From assembly GCA_015711855.1 (NCBI GenBank), contig JACVJF010000004.1, positions 1-60,695 of the forward strand: a DNA stretch of 60,695 nt, written 5' to 3'. The translations under genes were made by a program, and so were the position numbers. A model generated the notes under the pieces. The model did not search any database. It had not been told where the DNA came from and saw only the letters and a program-made list of their open reading frames with translations. The stretch is from Candidatus Solincola quzhuomuensis. GTDB lineage: Bacteria; Actinomycetota; Geothermincolia; Geothermincolales; RBG-13-55-18. Each line of letters begins with the position of its first letter. The stretch's first letter is position 1. Shown here in pieces: positions 1 through 8,933 of the stretch.

Positions 1-1
1 C

Positions 2-805
2 GATTTCATAGTCAGGATAAGGGAGGATCTGGTGGATAGGGTGTCCGCCGTAGCCCGGGTCTTCGGGTACGGCGAGGTATTGCTGGAAACGGCGGAGGAT
101 GAGCCGTATCCTTGGCGCCGCTTGATGGTGAGGCACCCCTATTCCGTTCCCCTGTGGAAGGCCGACCTCCTGGGGACCGTGGAGGCCTTCGAGGGGGTGG
201 ACATGTGGATAGAGGGTGAGGAGGTGCAGGAGAGCGTCCACCGATTGCGCGTCTTTCCGGCCGAGCATCCTGTGGATTTAAAAGGCAGGCTGAAACGGAG
301 GAAGAGATACGATTTCCGGGCGGGGGACATCGAGCATGAGAGGTGTTCCTCCTGCGGTATTCCCACCGTTGTCTCCTCCTATCGATGGGATATGGAGCGC
401 GGGATCATCACCGCTTCGGACACCGGGAGAAGGGTGGCCTTCTTCGGCCCGCTGGCACTGGATGCGGTCTTCGACTATCTAGCCGCGGAACACGGGCAGA
501 AACTCTCCCGGGCCGTGGTGGAGGCGCACCGGCTTTTCATCCGTGAGATGGTGGATGCCGATCTGGTCTCCAAGATAAACTCCATGCTCAAGATGCATCT
601 TGCGCGCAGGGGCCTGGGCTATCTGGAGTCCTTAAGAGCTGATAGGAAGAAATTGGAATTGAATGTTTATAATGCCTGCCTGGAGCTCTTCATGGTGGGC
701 ATGACCCAAGCCTTCTTCGAGATCGCCACCGGGAACGAGAGGACCGTGGCGGAGTGGGAACTCGACGACCGGGGGAACCTCTCCATATCCATAAGTGCCG
801 CCTGA
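2..805 (+). CDS. 5'-truncated hypothetical protein, possibly V4R/XylR-N-like small-ligand-binding fold
   Basis: Frame is open from base 2 (DFIVRIREDLVDRV...), so the gene starts upstream of the window. It has a CxxC (RCSSCG), and the C-terminal half (W..ERGII...GRRVAFF...GLG...NAC...G) resembles the V4R-type layout. Confidence 0.55.
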   Translation, partial: DFIVRIREDLVDRVSAVARVFGYGEVLLETAEDEPYPWRRLMVRHPYSVPLWKADLLGTVEAFEGVDMWIEGEEVQESVHRLRVFPAEHPVDLKGRLKRRKRYDFRAGDIEHERCSSCGIPTVVSSYRWDMERGIITASDTGRRVAFFGPLALDAVFDYLAAEHGQKLSRAVVEAHRLFIREMVDADLVSKINSMLKMHLARRGLGYLESLRADRKKLELNVYNACLELFMVGMTQAFFEIATGNERTVAEWELDDRGNLSISISAA

Positions 806-1032
806 TCCGCGGATGCCGAGGGCATGCGCCCGCATTCCCCATCCCCCTCCCGGCGATAGCCCGCGTTCCGACGTCCGGCCGGAAAACGTCATCTGATGAT
901 AGGCAGGGAATTAAGGATGAGCGTTCTGTTATCATGGGGCGGGCAAGGATCCTTCTCCGGAAAGAACGGGGGCACGGCCCGGGGCGGACTTGGAACGGTA
1001 TCCGGCCGATGGACGGCAGGGGGAGACGAGGT

Positions 1033-1935
1033 TTGGAAAGGGAAGAGGAAAGGGAGAAAGCCGGTCTGGACTACATCCTCATAGCCGGTGCCGCCATCCT
1101 TTGGGGCTCGGTGGGGGTGTTCCTGCGCTGGGTGGAGCTGCCGGGCAAAGAGCACTTCGTGGTCTTCATCCGCTCGGTCATGGGTGCGGCTTTCCTGGCG
1201 GGTTTGATCACCGCACGAGGCAAGCGGGACGAGCTCTATCCCGGCAAACACCCCTTGCTGCTCTTGGGCAGCGGGGTACTGCTAGCCCTGCACTGGGTCC
1301 TCTTTCTGAAGGCCCTCAACAACCTGCCCATCGGGGACGCCGAGTTCATCACCTACTTGGCCCCTGTCCTGGTGGCCCTTCTTTCCCCCGTGATCCTCAA
1401 GGAAGGGCTGGAGGGGACGACCCTTCTAGCTTTGGGCTTAGCCCTGGCAGGGATGGCCCTCATCTCCCTGACCGGGCAGGAAGGGGGGACGGGATCCACG
1501 ACGGCGGGCATCGTCTTCGCCCTCTCGGCGGCGGTCTCCTACGCCCTTCTGCTCTTCATCCTCAAATATTTAAGGGAGGACACCCCCACCCTTACGGTCA
1601 GCTTTTATCAGCTGGCGGTGAACGCCCTGGTCCTTTCTCCCTTCTGCGCTTTCAGGGACTTCTCCGTTTCCGCACGGGGATGGGCCTCTCTCGCCGTCCT
1701 GGGTATGTTGCATACCGGTCTGGCGGGGGTGGTCTACGTGTATGCGGTGAAGAGGGTGAAGGCTCAGCACGTGGGGATCATCGCTTATCTGGAACCGGCC
1801 AGCGCCATGCTCTTCGGGTTTCTCTTCCTCGAGGAGATCGTGGGCTGGCAGGACCTGCTCGGAGGGTTTCTTATCGTCGCCGCCGGGGCCATGGTCATCC
1901 GTCGCGCCTGGGAGAGACCCCGGCCCTCCGTTTAG
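1033..1935 (+). CDS. DMT/EamA family transporter
   Basis: About 10 hydrophobic segments in two EamA-like repeats (ILWGS, YLAPVLVALLSPVILKE, YLEPASA...LFLEE). Likely TTG start at 1033 after GGAG; the ORF extension back to 754 looks non-coding. Confidence 0.9.
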   Translation: MEREEEREKAGLDYILIAGAAILWGSVGVFLRWVELPGKEHFVVFIRSVMGAAFLAGLITARGKRDELYPGKHPLLLLGSGVLLALHWVLFLKALNNLPIGDAEFITYLAPVLVALLSPVILKEGLEGTTLLALGLALAGMALISLTGQEGGTGSTTAGIVFALSAAVSYALLLFILKYLREDTPTLTVSFYQLAVNALVLSPFCAFRDFSVSARGWASLAVLGMLHTGLAGVVYVYAVKRVKAQHVGIIAYLEPASAMLFGFLFLEEIVGWQDLLGGFLIVAAGAMVIRRAWERPRPSV

Positions 1936-3272
1936 AACATCTCCTGCTCCACCCACCGGGTGTGATACCTGCCCGCGATAAAATCCGGGTTGGAAAGCAA
2001 GCGCAGGTGGAAGGGGATCAGGGTGGACACCCCCTCGATCTCGAATTCCAGAAGGGCCTGGCGGAGGATGCGGAGCGCCTCCTCCCGATGGCTTCCGTGG
2101 ACGATGAGTTTGGCCAACAGCGAGTCGTAGTTGGGGGATACGTGGTATCCCTGGTAGCAGTGGGTGTCCACGCGGACGTGGGGCCCGCCCGGCGGAGACC
2201 ACTTCTCGATGATCCCGGGGGTGGGCAGGAAATCTCGGTGGTAGTCCTCGGCGTTGATGCGGCATTCGATGGCGTGGCCGTTTACGCCGATGTCCTCCTG
2301 GCGCAGGGTGGTGGGTTCGCCCATGGCGTTGCGTATCTGCTCCACGACCAGATCGACCCCGGTTATCATCTCCGTGACCGGGTGTTCCACCTGGATGCGG
2401 GCGTTGAACTCCATGAAGTAAAAATTGCCCTCCTCGTCCAGCAGGAACTCCATGGTCCCCGCGGAATCGTACCCTATGCTCTTCGCTCCCCGCACGGCCG
2501 CTTCCCCCATGCGCCGGCGCAACTCCGCATCGACGGCCGGTGACGGCGCTTCCTCCACCAGTTTCTGGTTCCTTCTCTGGATGGAGCATTCCCTTTCGTT
2601 CAGATGGACAACGTTCCCGTGGCGGTCCCCCAGGACTTGGATCTCCACGTGGCGGGCCCGGCGCAGGAATTTCTCCAGGTAGATCTCCTCGGATCCGAAG
2701 GCATGCCTGGCCTCCGCCTTGACCAGAGGCAAGGCCTTGACCAGCTCCTGGCGGTCGTGGACCACGCGCATGCCCTTCCCGCCCCCGCCCAAAGAGGCCT
2801 TGATGAGGACGGGGTAACCCAGTTCGTCGGCGACCTTGAGGGCGGTGGACTCGTCCAGGTCGGCGGAAGTGAGACCCGGCAGCACGGGCACCCCCGCTTC
2901 GGCCATGGTCTCCCGAGCCCGGGCCTTGTGGCCCATGAGGGCCAGGGCCTCCGGGGAGGGCCCGATGAAGACCAAGTCGTTCTCCAAGCAAGCCCGCGCG
3001 AACTCCTCGTTTTCCGCCAGGAAGCCGTAACCCGGGTGGACGGCGTCGGCCCCGCTGATCTCCGCGGCGCCGATGATGTTCCGGATGTTCAGGTAGGACT
3101 CGCCGCTGGCGGCCGGACCTACGCAGACCGCTTGGTCCACGTATTTTAGGTGGGCCGCGTCGACGTCTGCCTGGGAGTAGACGCCCACCGTCTCCAAGCC
3201 CAGGAGCTTGCAGGCCCGCAAAATGCGCAGGGCTATCTCGCCGCGGTTGGCGATGAGCACACGCTTGAACAA
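1932..3272 (-). CDS. accC: Biotin carboxylase (AccC-like; probable pyruvate carboxylase subunit A)
   Basis: ANRGEIA, HPGYGFLAEN, GGGGKGMR, ERECSIQRRNQK and RIQVEHPVTE motifs. Confidence 0.95.
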   Translation of the reverse strand: MFKRVLIANRGEIALRILRACKLLGLETVGVYSQADVDAAHLKYVDQAVCVGPAASGESYLNIRNIIGAAEISGADAVHPGYGFLAENEEFARACLENDLVFIGPSPEALALMGHKARARETMAEAGVPVLPGLTSADLDESTALKVADELGYPVLIKASLGGGGKGMRVVHDRQELVKALPLVKAEARHAFGSEEIYLEKFLRRARHVEIQVLGDRHGNVVHLNERECSIQRRNQKLVEEAPSPAVDAELRRRMGEAAVRGAKSIGYDSAGTMEFLLDEEGNFYFMEFNARIQVEHPVTEMITGVDLVVEQIRNAMGEPTTLRQEDIGVNGHAIECRINAEDYHRDFLPTPGIIEKWSPPGGPHVRVDTHCYQGYHVSPNYDSLLAKLIVHGSHREEALRILRQALLEFEIEGVSTLIPFHLRLLSNPDFIAGRYHTRWVEQEMF

Positions 3273-3276
3273 GTCC

Positions 3277-5121
3277 CTACCCTCCCGAGGGCTCTATCTC
3301 CATGATCACTTCGTCGTACTCCACGCCCTTGCCGTGTTCGGCCAGGATGCGCTTCACCCGGCCGTTCACCGGGGAGGGTATCTCGTTGAAGAGCTTCATG
3401 ACCTCGATGAGGCAGAGGGTTTGCCCTTCCCGGACCTCATCTCCCTCCTCCACGAAGGGGGGTGCGCCGGGGGAGGGGGTGCGGTAGAAGGTGCCCACCA
3501 TGGGGGACCTCACCTGCACCAGCCCCAATTCCTCCTTTTCCAGTTGGGCTACCGGCGCTCGCCGAGAGGGGGTCGAGGCCGTTTCCGCTTTTAAGGCTTG
3601 GCTCCCCAGGCTTATGGTCACGGAAAGGTTTTGCAGGGCCCTGCTCACCCCCTCGCTGACCACGTTGGCCAGCCTCTCCGAGAGTTCCTCCAGGTAGGTA
3701 CCGTCCAGCATGGCCCGTTCCCGCCTCTCCATAGCCTTCTGCGGGGGCTCCTCTTCTTCGTCGATCACGGGGTTCTTCCTCCACTGGAAGAACTTGAGGG
3801 CCACATCCGGGAAGATGGCGTAAGATATGTAGTCTTCTTCCTTCTCCACCAAGGAGGGATCCAGCTCCTTCTTGGCCTTGGGGAGTTCCGGCTCCAGGAG
3901 GTCCGCGGGACGGCAGGTGATAGGCTTTTCTCCCTTGAGCGCCTTCTCCATGAGCTCCTCGCTTATGGGCCCGGCCGGCTTGCCGTAATAGCCTTTTACG
4001 TAGTTCACGATCTCGCGAGGGATGATCTTGTACCTCTCTCCGAGAAGCACGTTGAAGACCGCTTGTGTGCCCACCAACTGGCTGGTGGGGGTGACCAGCG
4101 GAGGATAGCCCATGTCCTTCCTCACCCTGGGAATCTCTTCCAGGACCTCCTCCATCCGGTCCAAGGCGTTCTGTTGCTCCAGCTGGGCTATGAGGTTGGT
4201 GGCCATTCCCCCGGGTATTTGGTGGGAGATCACCGTGATGTCGATGAGGGGCTGTTCGGCGCCCATGAGCTTGCGCTTCTTGGACACCACCTCGAAATAT
4301 TCCGACACGTCGCGGATGGCCTCGAAGTCCAGGTCCAGCTCGTATTCTGTGTCCTTGAAGGAGGCCACCAGGGTCTCGATGGCCGGTTGGCTGGTGTAGA
4401 GGGCGAGAGGGGCCGCCGCACAATCCACGATGTCCGCGCCCGCTTCGATGGCCTTCAGATAGGAGGTGGTGGCCATCCCCGTGGAGGCGTGGGAATGGAG
4501 TTGTATGGGCACCTCCACCGCTTCCTTGAGTCGCTTGACCAACTCGTAGGCCACATAGGGGGCGAGGATCCCGGACATGTCCTTGATGCAGATGGAGTCG
4601 GCGCCCATATCCACCAGGGTCTTGGCCGTCTCCACGTACCCCTCGATGGTGTGCACCGGGCTGATCGTATAACAGATGGTGCCTTGGGCGTGGGCGCCCT
4701 CGCGCTTGGTGACCTCTATGGACTTCTGCATGTTGCGCACGTCGTTGAGGGCGTCGAAGATGCGGATGATGTCGATCCCCCCGGCCACCGCCCTCTTGAT
4801 GAACTCCTCCACCAGGTCGTCGGCGAAGTTGCGGTAGGCCACCAGGTTCTGTCCGCGCAGGAGCATCTGGAGCTTGGTGCGCTTGAACCTCTCCCGGATG
4901 CGGTAGAGACGGTCCCAGGGGTCTTCGTGGAGGTATCTCATACAGACGTCGAAGGTCGCCCCACCCCAGACCTCCACGGAATGGTAACCCACCTCGTCGA
5001 TGCGTTCGGCGATGGGAAGTATGTCCGTTAGATGCATGCGGGTAGCCCACAATGATTGATGGGCGTCCCGAAGCGTGGTGTCGGTTATCCTCACCCGCTT
5101 TTTCTTCCTTTCCATGCTCAC
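3277..5121 (-). CDS. pycB: Pyruvate carboxylase subunit B / OadA-type carboxyltransferase with C-terminal biotin carrier domain
   Basis: LRDAHQS, EVWGGATFD, IKDMSG, LHSH, PGGM and VTPTSQ motifs; C-terminal biotinylation motif EVMKLFNEI. Confidence 0.88.
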   Translation of the reverse strand: MSMERKKKRVRITDTTLRDAHQSLWATRMHLTDILPIAERIDEVGYHSVEVWGGATFDVCMRYLHEDPWDRLYRIRERFKRTKLQMLLRGQNLVAYRNFADDLVEEFIKRAVAGGIDIIRIFDALNDVRNMQKSIEVTKREGAHAQGTICYTISPVHTIEGYVETAKTLVDMGADSICIKDMSGILAPYVAYELVKRLKEAVEVPIQLHSHASTGMATTSYLKAIEAGADIVDCAAAPLALYTSQPAIETLVASFKDTEYELDLDFEAIRDVSEYFEVVSKKRKLMGAEQPLIDITVISHQIPGGMATNLIAQLEQQNALDRMEEVLEEIPRVRKDMGYPPLVTPTSQLVGTQAVFNVLLGERYKIIPREIVNYVKGYYGKPAGPISEELMEKALKGEKPITCRPADLLEPELPKAKKELDPSLVEKEEDYISYAIFPDVALKFFQWRKNPVIDEEEEPPQKAMERRERAMLDGTYLEELSERLANVVSEGVSRALQNLSVTISLGSQALKAETASTPSRRAPVAQLEKEELGLVQVRSPMVGTFYRTPSPGAPPFVEEGDEVREGQTLCLIEVMKLFNEIPSPVNGRVKRILAEHGKGVEYDEVIMEIEPSGG

Positions 5122-5423
5122 CCCTTAAACGGAATCGGATTTCGGTTACATTCTAACTTTTTTCCAGCCCCGTGCCCACCGGCGTATACCTGCGGTTCCT
5201 CGGTTTTCGGCTCTGACCGGCGAAGATATCGAAAAACCGCATTACCGTCCTTCTCGGGCCGCTTGCCCACCGGCATCCTTGGTTACCTGGTCCAGACTGG
5301 AGGACGGACCTTGAGTTCCATCCTGGTTTCTCGATCCTTTAACCCGAGTGCTCCGTGGCCTCGGCAGGCTACTTCCGCCCTCGTCTCAAGGCCTCTAGAA
5401 AGGCTTCGCCGCAACCCCCACCT

Positions 5424-6023
5424 TCAGGCGTTTCGCAGTCCTTTGGGGACGAGGGGGGCGAATGCCGCCGCCGCTGCGGCCTTGGCTAGGTCGACCAGGA
5501 TGAAGGGTTTAACCCCCAGTCTCCAAGCTAACGCGGCATTCTTCCCCTGCATGGAGAGCCACGTCCCGAGCCAGGTGGCCCCACAGGCGTATACGGCTGC
5601 CAGTCCGGCCAGGCAAGCCAGCGGCACGGAGAGCTTCCCCGGGAGACGCCGCCACCCTCGACCCGATAGGTTTCTCGAGATCCAGCCCGTGCAGCCCGCC
5701 GCCAAAATGAAGCCCCAGAGATACCCGCCCGTGGGGCCGAAAAGCACCAGAGGACCGGCGTGAGGAGGGGCGGCGAAGAAGGGAGCGCCACAGAATCCCA
5801 TGAGAAGGTAGACGGCTTGGCTGACCATTCCCCAAAAAGGCCCGAGCACTAGACCGGATAGGATGACGAAAAATAGCTGCATGGTCACCGGGACCGGGGA
5901 GAGGGGGATTCTGATCATGGCGCCTAGACCGGTGAGGGCGGCGAAGAGCACCGCCGTGGCGATCACCTCCGCGTCAATGGAGGAGGCTTTCGCCGGAACG
6001 CGTTTGGTCGATGAGATTTGCAT
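5424..6023 (-). CDS. bioY: BioY biotin transporter (ECF S-component)
   Basis: PVPVTMQ, YLLMG..GAP.F, GPTGGYLWGF and PFI..DLAK motifs; adjacent to biotin genes. Confidence 0.93.
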   Translation of the reverse strand: MQISSTKRVPAKASSIDAEVIATAVLFAALTGLGAMIRIPLSPVPVTMQLFFVILSGLVLGPFWGMVSQAVYLLMGFCGAPFFAAPPHAGPLVLFGPTGGYLWGFILAAGCTGWISRNLSGRGWRRLPGKLSVPLACLAGLAAVYACGATWLGTWLSMQGKNAALAWRLGVKPFILVDLAKAAAAAAFAPLVPKGLRNA

Positions 6024-6049
6024 GGGTTTTCTCCTTCCGGGTTTGTTAT

Positions 6050-6078
6050 ATTCTTAAGGAAAAAGGTGGTCATGTCAA
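6050..6078 (-). promoter_or_regulatory. Putative sigma70-type promoter for bioY
   Basis: TTGACA on the minus strand at 6078-6073, with an imperfect -10 (TAAGAAT) 16-17 nt downstream in an AT-rich divergent intergenic region. Confidence 0.45.
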
Positions 6079-6157
6079 GGGTTTTTCAGGATATAACTTT
6101 AGAAAAAGTGAACTTTTCTAAGGGCCGTTTCCAGCTTCCGTGAAAGGCGGCCGAAAG

Positions 6158-6925
6158 ATGGGAGCTTGGGATATTAGGGAATACGAGGTTCTGGATTCCA
6201 CCAACCTGGAGGCCCGTCGCCTACTCCTCGCCGGAGCTGGTGAGGGTCTGGTGGTGACCGCGGGACATCAAACCGCCGGGCGGGGAAGGTTGGATAGATG
6301 CTGGCTGGATCAACCGGGAAAAAGCCTGCTGGTCAGCATCGTTTTCGGCGACAGGGGCCTTTTTCTCGTTTCCGCCCTGGTGGGCTTGGCGGCCAGAGGG
6401 GCCATACGCGCCCTCGGAGGTGAGGGTCCCCTCCTGAAGTGGCCCAACGACCTGGTCTACGGAAGGCGGAAAGTGGGGGGGATCCTCAGCGAGGACTTCT
6501 CGGTAGGAGCTCGACGCTTCGTTATCGTGGGGTTGGGGATAAATCTGGGATATCTCCCCGGTGAGCTGCGGATTTCCGGAAAACTGGCCCCCACTTCCGT
6601 CCTAGTGGAAGAAGGGAGGATTTGGAAAAAGGAAGACGTGTTAAGCGTTTTTCTTCGAGAGGTTGAGGCGCGTTCCGTATTGATGGCGCAGGATCTATGG
6701 GCGGAATACGAAAAATGCTTGGCATACGTGGGGGAGACGGTGGAGGTGGAAGATTACGCTTTGTTTAACCGAAACGACTTTCCGAACCGGACTGGCAAGA
6801 AGCAGAGCGGCGGCGTCATCAAGGGGGTGCTCTTGGGGGTGGACGGGGAAGGCAACATGGTCATCCGGACGGAAAGCGGCCTTCATCGCGTGGCTTCCGG
6901 AGACCTGATCCCGCCGCCGGATTGA
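6158..6925 (+). CDS. birA: Biotin--protein ligase without N-terminal HTH (group I BirA)
   Basis: DSTN, QTAGRGR, KWPND, KVGGIL and GLGIN motifs; no DNA-binding domain. Confidence 0.93.
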   Translation: MGAWDIREYEVLDSTNLEARRLLLAGAGEGLVVTAGHQTAGRGRLDRCWLDQPGKSLLVSIVFGDRGLFLVSALVGLAARGAIRALGGEGPLLKWPNDLVYGRRKVGGILSEDFSVGARRFVIVGLGINLGYLPGELRISGKLAPTSVLVEEGRIWKKEDVLSVFLREVEARSVLMAQDLWAEYEKCLAYVGETVEVEDYALFNRNDFPNRTGKKQSGGVIKGVLLGVDGEGNMVIRTESGLHRVASGDLIPPPD

Positions 6926-6998
6926 ACCGTGGTGGCGCGGTGCGCTTGCCGTTCGCGTTTTAAGCGTTCGGGAGCGTGAGTACAACCGCCCGTGGGCC

Positions 6999-7346
6999 TT
7001 AGGATGAGGGAGAGGACCTTTCCAAGCGGACGATTTGTCGCTTCTTCACACGGATATAATCGTTCAGGGAGTCGAGGTTGAGGCATTGGTTTAGATACGA
7101 GAGGTCCTTGAGCAAGGACCTGGACTGGGCTGTGTCGCCTGAGGAGATGGCCTCCTCCAGTCTACGTGTGATCTCCCGGGCGGTCTCCTCGATCTCATCC
7201 CGCATTTCCTGGCGGTCGCAGATCACCGGGTTACCGCAACGGGGGCATTCCCGGAAGACGAGCGGTCCGCAACACATGACGTTGCCGATGTGCCGGAACT
7301 CGTCGCCCTCACCCCGGTAACCGCATCGGTCGCAGGTTACTACCAT
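6999..7346 (-). CDS. MasE/delta-like rubredoxin-type small protein with C-terminal helical extension (paralogue 3)
   Basis: ATG at 7346 after AAGGAG. MVVTCDRCGYRGEGDEFRHIG...RECPRCGNPV matches the CxxC-x~24-CPxC pattern of the two proteins at 9949-10356. Confidence 0.65.
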   Translation of the reverse strand: MVVTCDRCGYRGEGDEFRHIGNVMCCGPLVFRECPRCGNPVICDRQEMRDEIEETAREITRRLEEAISSGDTAQSRSLLKDLSYLNQCLNLDSLNDYIRVKKRQIVRLERSSPSS

Positions 7347-7708
7347 GGCCTTTCTCCTTCCGCCCGCGGGCAAGTCGCCCACCCCGTCGCTCTCCGGGTC
7401 GGTGCCGGGTTCCCGACTCGAATCGAACAACTTTCTCCCCATACCGTCAGGTGAAGGGTGGCGGTAAGCTCCCGTGGGGCGGCTTCCATGATCCGGTCAC
7501 CGAGCCCTCACCGACCGAACCAAATGGGCAATACTTCTTTTCGAAAGGACCGCGTAAGAAATCGCCGGCCCAAGCGAATCATTAAAAGATAGGTGGCGTT
7601 TAAGGTTCCCATCCCTTCGGAGAAAAGGAACGACGCTTTTCAAATAACCGGGCACGGACCACCGTACCTTGTCGGGACGGGCGAGGCGTGCACCGTTCTT
7701 GATCGTTC

Positions 7709-7864
7709 TCAGCGCGCCTCGAAGTTCTCGCACTCGGCGTCATCGGCATTGTGCGGCTTGGCCGTGTAATACTCGCTCTTTCCGTCCGACTCGCGCCGCA
7801 CGCAGTCCCCCCGGCTGGGGTCCTCCTCAAGGGGAAAGAACCACTTGCAATCTCCACAACTCAT
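7709..7864 (-). CDS. assC: Fumarate-adding enzyme gamma subunit (BssC/AssC/MasC-like), 51 aa
   Basis: Not in the ORF track. GGAGGT RBS then MSCGDCKWFFPLEEDPSRGDCVRRESDGKSEYYTAKPHNADDAECENFEAR*. The CxxC-FFP...GDCV...KP...C..F pattern is typical of BssC-type gamma subunits. Confidence 0.88.
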   Translation of the reverse strand: MSCGDCKWFFPLEEDPSRGDCVRRESDGKSEYYTAKPHNADDAECENFEAR

Positions 7865-7994
7865 GTTCCACCTCCTGCCCGTTTCGACGAAGTCAACCGA
7901 TTAACTCTCTTTTTCCTCCTGCCGCCATCTCGCGATCACACGGTACCGGTGACCGGTAAAGAACCGGCTATGCCGACCCCTATCGACGCGCGGA

Positions 7995-8924
7995 TCAGCC
8001 GCCCACGGTGACCGTGAGGCTCCGCGAGGTGAAGATGTCCACGATTCCATACAGCTTTTCTTCAGGATATCCCGCGCCTTCGGGGAAGGGATATTCGAGG
8101 CCGAATATTCGATACTTGGCGCCCGCGTAAGGATGATAGGGGAGGATGTCCACCTCGCATTCCCGGCCGTTGCGGCACAAACCCCGGATGAAGTCGGCGG
8201 TACGGGAGAGGTTTTCCTCCCCGTCGTTGAACCCGGGGATGATGGGGATGCGGAAACGCAGCTCTCGGGCGTATTCCGCCAGCCGCCTGGCGTTCTCCAG
8301 GATGATCTCGTTGGAGGCGCCGCAGTGGGAGCGGTGCGCGGCGGAGTCCATGTGTTTGAGGTCCAACAGAAAGTAATCGGTAACCTCGATCATCCTCTCC
8401 AACGTTTCCCAGGCGGCGAAACCGCAGGTGTCCAAGGCCGTATTGAGTCCGCGCCCCTTGGCCTCCGCCAAAAGGTCGTAGGTGAACTCCGGCTGGGCCA
8501 GAGGCTCACCTCCGGAAACGGTCAGCCCTCCCCCCGAATGCTTATAGAAAGGCTTGTCCTTCTCCACCTCCGCAAGGACCTGGTCCACTGTCATCAGCTT
8601 GCCCCAGACCACGAGGGCCTCTTCCGGGCAGGCTTCGGCGCAGCGGAAACAGTCGATGCACCGTTCCCGGCGTATGCGGGGGAGACGAGGACCCTCCATC
8701 TCGACGGCTCCGGCGGGACATACCTCCAGGCATTTACCGCAACCCGTGCAGTTGTTGCGGTAGGGAAGAACTTCCGGGAATCGCCGGTTGCCCTCGGGAT
8801 TGTGGCACCAACGGCAGTTGAGCAGGCAACCTTTTAGAAACACCGTGGTCCGAATCCCCGGCCCGTCGCAGAGAGAATAGAACTGTATGTCGTTGACGTA
8901 TCCCGCCGTGTCCCTTCTTCCCAT
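7995..8924 (-). CDS. assD: Glycyl-radical enzyme activating enzyme (second copy, AssD-like)
   Basis: DGPGIRTTVFLKGCLLNCRWCHNPE radical SAM motif, two ferredoxin CxxCxxCxxxC insertions, SGGEP. Confidence 0.9.
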   Translation of the reverse strand: MGRRDTAGYVNDIQFYSLCDGPGIRTTVFLKGCLLNCRWCHNPEGNRRFPEVLPYRNNCTGCGKCLEVCPAGAVEMEGPRLPRIRRERCIDCFRCAEACPEEALVVWGKLMTVDQVLAEVEKDKPFYKHSGGGLTVSGGEPLAQPEFTYDLLAEAKGRGLNTALDTCGFAAWETLERMIEVTDYFLLDLKHMDSAAHRSHCGASNEIILENARRLAEYARELRFRIPIIPGFNDGEENLSRTADFIRGLCRNGRECEVDILPYHPYAGAKYRIFGLEYPFPEGAGYPEEKLYGIVDIFTSRSLTVTVGG

Positions 8925-8933
8925 CCTTCACCC

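Noticed and set aside
990-5050. Long alternative-frame and antisense ORFs (e.g. 990-2543, 1570-2991, 3437-5050, 3598-5031), with many similar ones throughout the window
   Set aside because: They are shadow ORFs typical of high-GC coding DNA, Arg/Gly/Pro-rich, and fully overlap well-supported genes.
6024-6157. BirA operator between bioY and birA
   Set aside because: BirA here lacks an HTH, and the GTTATAT/ATATAAC inverted pair does not match the BirA site consensus or spacing.
7497-7959. Track ORFs 7497-7733, 7600-7857 and 7669-7959
   Set aside because: They are superseded by the 51-aa gamma-subunit ORF (7709-7864), which has a strong RBS and a family motif.
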